Source: Bugula neritina (Eukaryota > Animalia > Bryozoa). Taken from it: a stretch of 64,000 bases of DNA. Where the stretch lies: the NCBI GenBank assembly GCA_964035545.1, contig OZ037765.1:7760698-7824697 (forward strand), written 5' to 3'. This document shows, piece after piece, positions 58,828 through 64,000 of the stretch (position 1 is the stretch's first letter; each line of letters opens with the position of its first letter). Position numbers and translations under genes: made by a program. Under the pieces are notes generated by a model that did not search any database, was not told where the DNA came from, and worked only from the letters and a program-made list of their open reading frames with translations.

Positions 58828-61800
58828 CTAGCGCTTTGCAAATCTTGGTGATTTGGCCAGTGTGAGAGGTTTTTCACTTCGTTTAATTTCCAGGGGTTTG
58901 TAATGTTTTATCGGTTCTGGTTTTATAACAGTTTCTTTTCTTAACTGCCTCAATTCTTTCAATGCTCTTAACTCTTCTTGTTTTTTCATTTTAGCCTCAA
59001 TGGCGGCCATTTTTTTATCAGTTTCTTCTTTTTCCAGAGCATATTGTTTTCGTTCTTCAGCTCTTTTAGTAGAGCTAAGTTGAATATTTAGTGGTTCTAT
59101 AATAAAAACAACATGTCGAAATATAATGTGAATGATAACCAACCTAACAAAACAATTATCAATTATTGAGCCTGGTTGCTAGACACTTCAGCAATAAAAC
59201 ATACCTGTGCACTTTGGCGCTTCCTTTTTGATGGCGAATGGTGGTTTGTTTAGAATATCTGCAGGCTTAGCTTTGACAATGGTAGCTTCTAACATATTTT
59301 CCTCTTCTTTTTTTAACTATAATCAAACAATTGTGAATGTATAAAAATGCAACTGATGAGCAGCATTGCAAGTTCTATCTTCAATATCATACAAGCGAGT
59401 TTAAAGGGTATATCAACTAACCTGCTGTTTGAATCGTTGCTGTTGTTGCTCACCCCGTTCATCTATTCGAAGTTGAAATGGTTCAACCTGTGTTACTGGC
59501 TGCACTTTCCGTTGTGGCAGGGGTGCCGGAGATGGAGGAAGAGGATTTGCTTTAAATTCCCGTAACTGCAAGCAATTGCAAAACAACAATTATTAAAAAG
59601 ACATGACTACAGCTATTTTTATTTAGTATACAATTATATACCTAGATTGGCAAGTCTACAGAAATTACAGGGGCAAATACCTTGCGCTCCTCTTCTTCAA
59701 CACGTCGTAAAAGCTCTGCGCGCCTTCTCAATCTCAGTTCCTCCTTACTTTCGAAAGTAAAAGGATCAGCGGCTGTAGATTTGTGTTGCAAGACAGGTTT
59801 GAACACTGCTTTAGGTTTGGGAGCTGGTTGAGCCTTTATGATAGCCTGAAAGTGTTGTTTTAGACGTATACTAAACAGAAATAATCTGACTTAAAGTATT
59901 GGCTCATCGTAAGTTCAGCGAATGCCTGACAAAGAGGTTACTACCTTCTTTGGGGACTCTTCGGCTTGGAGTCTGCTGGCATGTCTGGTAACCCTCTGGT
60001 CTGTGGCAAATTGAACTGGTAGAGGTTGAGTCACCTTCGCAGGTTCCCTGCTTTTGGTACCAGTTGCAGTCCCTTCCAGAACTTTCCTATCTAGAGGAGC
60101 TGCCTTGAACTGCTGCCTATTAACACGAATGTGATAAAAATATTTATCTAAAGTAAAAAGATTGTAAAACATGCTTTCAAAAGAATTAGGATATAGCTCA
60201 AACACATTTTAAGAAATTTGACAATAGATAGTCTATGCAAAAATACAATACAATGTAACATACCATCTATTAAACTACATTATGATACATATGTATAAAT
60301 ACTCTTGCAATTACATAACCTGACTAGCAGCTTATTTCTGTCATATAATCGTTTACCATTATATACTCATATTCTTATTAGTGGTTTGTCATTCTTTCTT
60401 ATGTAAACTGTTACTCGGCCTATTATTACCACATGACCAGTTGTCATTGTATTTACTCATTCCTGTTTTACTTGTTAGCCTAGGGCCACACGGTGCGTAT
60501 TTTCGCATGCGAAAATTGAAATCACAAGTAGCAAAGGTGTCCACTGTAGCGTCAGTGATGCGTGATAAATAAAGCATTCATTTTTAAATCGCACTCGCTT
60601 TCAATAAAACGCAATTTACTGGAATGTAGCACTAAAATAAAGAAATTGGGCTCGCTGAATAACTACCAGCCAATTAGGTGACGACGACAGAGACGATTCG
60701 CACTTGCGTTGAGAATGCTGAGCGACAAGTGTGAATGTTTTCTCAACGCGTACAGTGGACACCTTTGATACTCGTAATTTCAATTTTCGCATGCGAAAAT
60801 ACGCACCGTGTGGCCTTAGGCTTAGTCAGTTGCCTGCTAGTGCTCTATTAAACCGACATATACTACACAAGCTACTTCAAATTCATATTATCACAGCGAA
60901 ACACACAACATAACACATTAGTGACACAAGAAAACAAATACATAACCACAAATTATAGCTGAACCTATACTCACTGTTTCATTTGTTTCAACTCAAGTTC
61001 AACTCTCTCCGCTTCCGACAAAACTGTAGCTGGGCGTTCACGCTTGGCAGTTTGAAACTTGGGACTAATAGGCTTGGTAATTCTAGCATATACATCACGC
61101 CGAGGAGCATCTAGCAATTACATAAAATATGCCCCAACTTGAAACTAAGTACATTTCAACAAGATTAGGAAACCTGTTAACACAAGTGTGATTTACATGT
61201 GAAACTTGAGGTATTATAAAAACTTGATAGATATCTCAATGAAATTTGTACAGTCTTATTGAGTCCTAGTAGGTGCATTGTGAGTTTAATTCATAACTAT
61301 CACATTTTAACTTATTGCATCAGTTTTCACTCTACTTGCACAATTCAACTATGAAATAATACTGTAAGGAGTGGGGGGGGGCAAGTGACTTTATTGAGCA
61401 CTGGTGACATTTCCTTGTCAGCAAAGAACATCACTGGCCACAGCTGGCCTATGTACACACAGCATTAGCAAGAAAAGAACTGAACATAACAGACAGTGTT
61501 CAGACTTTTAAGTTTTTATTGCCACCACATTTTTCCTTTTACACTACCTGGTTTATTGAGGCTTTTTTTGGAGCCATCAGCACTGTTTTTCATGACATCA
61601 TAAATTGATCTCTTAGCTTTCACCTAAGACACAAAATACTCCATTTAATGTGCAACATTAACCAAAATCTGTGAGAAAATGAAAATTCACAAGTACTATT
61701 ATGCAGTTGATGAACATCATTACATTAATCTATCTTACAAATAATCGCATTATTTAATTTCATAACTCGGGTTTAAAAACCTCAAGTTCAGGTTTCAATA

Positions 61801-64000
61801 CTTTTAAATTAAAAATAAATTTTCAAAATTGTAATAATTAAATGTCTGCAAATGTACCGTGGAAGAGCTTTGCTACAAAACATGCTGAGTAGAATTCAAT
61901 ACAGTAAATAGATTACTTATCTAGCAGTTGGGAGTTATGAAAACACTCTTTAAGACATAATTCTGATTGGACTGGTTGATTCATTTATGCATTCATTTAC
62001 AAACGATTGGCACAAAATAATTTTGAGGTTTACCTGCGAGCCTGTGTTTGTGGGAGTAACATTCCTTGCGGAGCGCTTTATTGAACCACCTGAAGAGTTT
62101 CTCAAGACTGCATCATTTATCTTCCTAAGACTTTGCATTTCTTGTTTTTCTCTTTCAATTTTTTCGAGCTCAAGCTGCTCAGAAGATTTTATTGGTGTCA
62201 CTCGATTACGAGGTCTTCTAAAAATACATTGTAGAAAGCCATATAGCCAGGCAAAGGGACCAAAGTTTTATGAAACTGTATGTTTACAGGAAGTTGTTAC
62301 CCATTTACATTTAGGTGATACTTGCCTTAAGAACGATGGTGATTGCGGTATTGTGTTCTTGGGAATTTTCGGGGGCTTAACATCAGTAGTACCGACAGCT
62401 CCTTTGCGTTTAGAGCTGGGAGACAGCCCTTGCCTCTTTAATCTAGCCGACTCAGTACACTTCATCAATCTATAAACACATGAAGCACTTATTCTATAAA
62501 ATGAAACTTTGTATTCCATAAAATGAAACTTTGTTTAAATAAAAATCATATAACCAAAGCTTTATAATTTGAATTAACTTTCGTGTTAAAACTAAACAGT
62601 GTTAAAAATATATTTAAACACTTACATTTTTGGCAACTTATAAAAACTCACGCAAGTTTATAGTCGCTATCCCTGTGAGAAACCCCTGATGGAAAGGGTT
62701 TTTGCTAGAATGGGCTAAGGGCTTGTTTAAATGAGGCACAGGAGCAATTATGATTGGATGCTCTTCCTAACATCACCAATGGCCTTTGTCGGTGTTCGAA
62801 CCCACAACTTCGTGTTCACAAAGCAAACGCTTTAACCCCTAGACCACGGCTGCTCATTTTTTGGCAAAAATATAAGTGTTGACCAGATATTTCGTTCAGC
62901 TTCAGGTTTGCAACAAAAAATGATATAAAGCTGCTTTTGAGCTCATCTTAACTTAAAGGAACAAGCTAAATTCAATAACTTGTGTACTAAAATTAGTTAC
63001 CTAGATAAAGATCCAGATAGAGCCCTTTTCCCACCAGCTAAGCTTTGTTGCGTAGAGCTTGATTGCAATGATGAAGAACTCGCTGTGCGGTGGCGGACTT
63101 TACTTCGAGTATTGGCAGCAGAATCATGAGATCTCGTTCTAGCTCGAAGAGTTTTTAATGGGGATTTCTTGCCCTTGAATGGTGTGCCCGAATGGGCAGA
63201 GACTCGGCCCAACTTCACAGCAGGTGTTGACTTCTTCGAGCTTGACGAGTTACTTTCTGTAGATTTCTTGCTCAATGATGATCTAGAGGTTGAATTATGC
63301 AGCTTAACTGGCGGTCCCTCAACTGGCGGTCCCTCAACTGGCAGCTCCATATGCTCTTCACTAGAACCTTCCTCTATCAATGTATTTTCATGGTCCTCGG
63401 CAGTCCGAAGAGCTTTGGTCACTGAGCGGGTTATTCTCCTGTTAGCCAAAGCGGGACTCTTTTGAGGTGGAGTCATATAAGCGAGGTTACTAAAAAAAAA
63501 TCATGTTTTTCAAATTAAAACAGAACTTGCAAAATTTTACACTGAGGACTAATTACGTTAACTTATGTAACTCATTTCATAAACAATAACTACTGATTTA
63601 CTCAAAAATATCTATAGGATGTAAATATAATTAAGGCTGTACTTTATCAGTATTCATAATTACTTGTTGGTAACCTAATGCAGTGAGTTATAAGCAAAAT
63701 TAACCATAAATTAACAAGACACGGCTAATAAATCAAGAAACAGGTGTAACAAGCTAGACTTTTACTAGTATATTACTGATACAACTAAAATAGAATTATA
63801 ACACAGGTTTTATCATGCACAGATCATGTTATAAATAAAGTCATTATATAATGAAATGGGTTCACAGGCAGTCTCTTCTTTCAAGGACCGCAATTCCACA
63901 CACCTCTTCAATGAAATTCTAGAGTTATTACTCATGGTAGAAGCTGTGTTGCTTATATCACGGAAAATGCCAGCGGGACTTCTAAACAAGGTTGAATCGT
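58828..64000 (-). CDS. TPX2: Targeting protein for Xklp2 (TPX2) homolog; 5' end lies beyond the window
   Basis: C-terminal TPX2 domain (EPLNIQLSSTKRAEER...LRQLRKETVIKPEPIKHYKPLEIKRSEKPLTLAKSPRF), repeated FKA.P and T.P.SP.F motifs (QFKAAPLDRKVLEG, TIPQSPSF, TKPISPKF), Ser/Lys-rich exon near 63000-63490. Confidence 0.85.
60483..60816. mobile_element. MITE (non-autonomous DNA transposon) in a TPX2 intron
   Basis: Terminal inverted repeats of ~65 bp starting GGCCACACGGTGCGTATTTTCGCATGCGAAAATTGAAAT; TA flanks both ends (60481-2, 60817-8); no coding capacity. Confidence 0.85.
62637..62855 (-). mobile_element. tRNA-derived SINE (Meta-domain-like core) in a TPX2 intron
   Basis: Minus strand GAGCAGCCGTGGTCTAGGGGTTAAAGCG (A box) ... 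GGGTTCGAACACC (B box), then GGTGATGTTAGGAAGAGCATCC; flanking direct repeat TTTTTGGCAA at 62627-62636 and 62858-62867. Confidence 0.8.
63306..63342. repeat. 15-bp coding tandem repeat in TPX2 (PVEGP x2.5)
   Basis: aactggcggtccctc twice plus aactggc. Confidence 0.85.

Noticed and set aside
60381-60913. ORFs sharing FNFRMRKYAPCG on both strands
   Set aside because: Translation of the two MITE inverted arms, not genes.
62496-62534. 22-bp tandem duplication in a TPX2 intron
   Set aside because: Ordinary local slippage duplication.
62775-62855. tRNA gene candidate
   Set aside because: Anticodon and acceptor stems do not pair properly; it is the head of a TSD-flanked SINE.

Overview
AT-rich animal (invertebrate) nuclear DNA with compact spliceosomal genes. 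Nine intron-containing genes can be reconstructed by hand: CPEB2-4/Orb2-type (+), ATP5MK/DAPIT (+), MAK16 (-), PES1 (+), MNK kinase (+), CDP-diacylglycerol synthase (-), PRMT1 (-), FDXACB1 (-) and a 5'-incomplete TPX2 (-). Mobile or repeat elements: a 5'-truncated LINE RT fragment with an intact ORF, a tRNA-derived SINE with target-site duplication, and three inverted-repeat (MITE/foldback) elements. Most notable: (1) PRMT1 carries two tandem, frame-compatible, apparently mutually exclusive versions of the exon encoding the THW loop; (2) degenerate 6-bp-periodic ACT/AGT tracts sit near the 5' end of every gene whose start is visible; (3) a foldback has a perfect 71-bp inner stem but diverged outer arms; (4) two GC-AG introns. 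Exon coordinates were read by eye and may be off by a few bases. No database searches were run.
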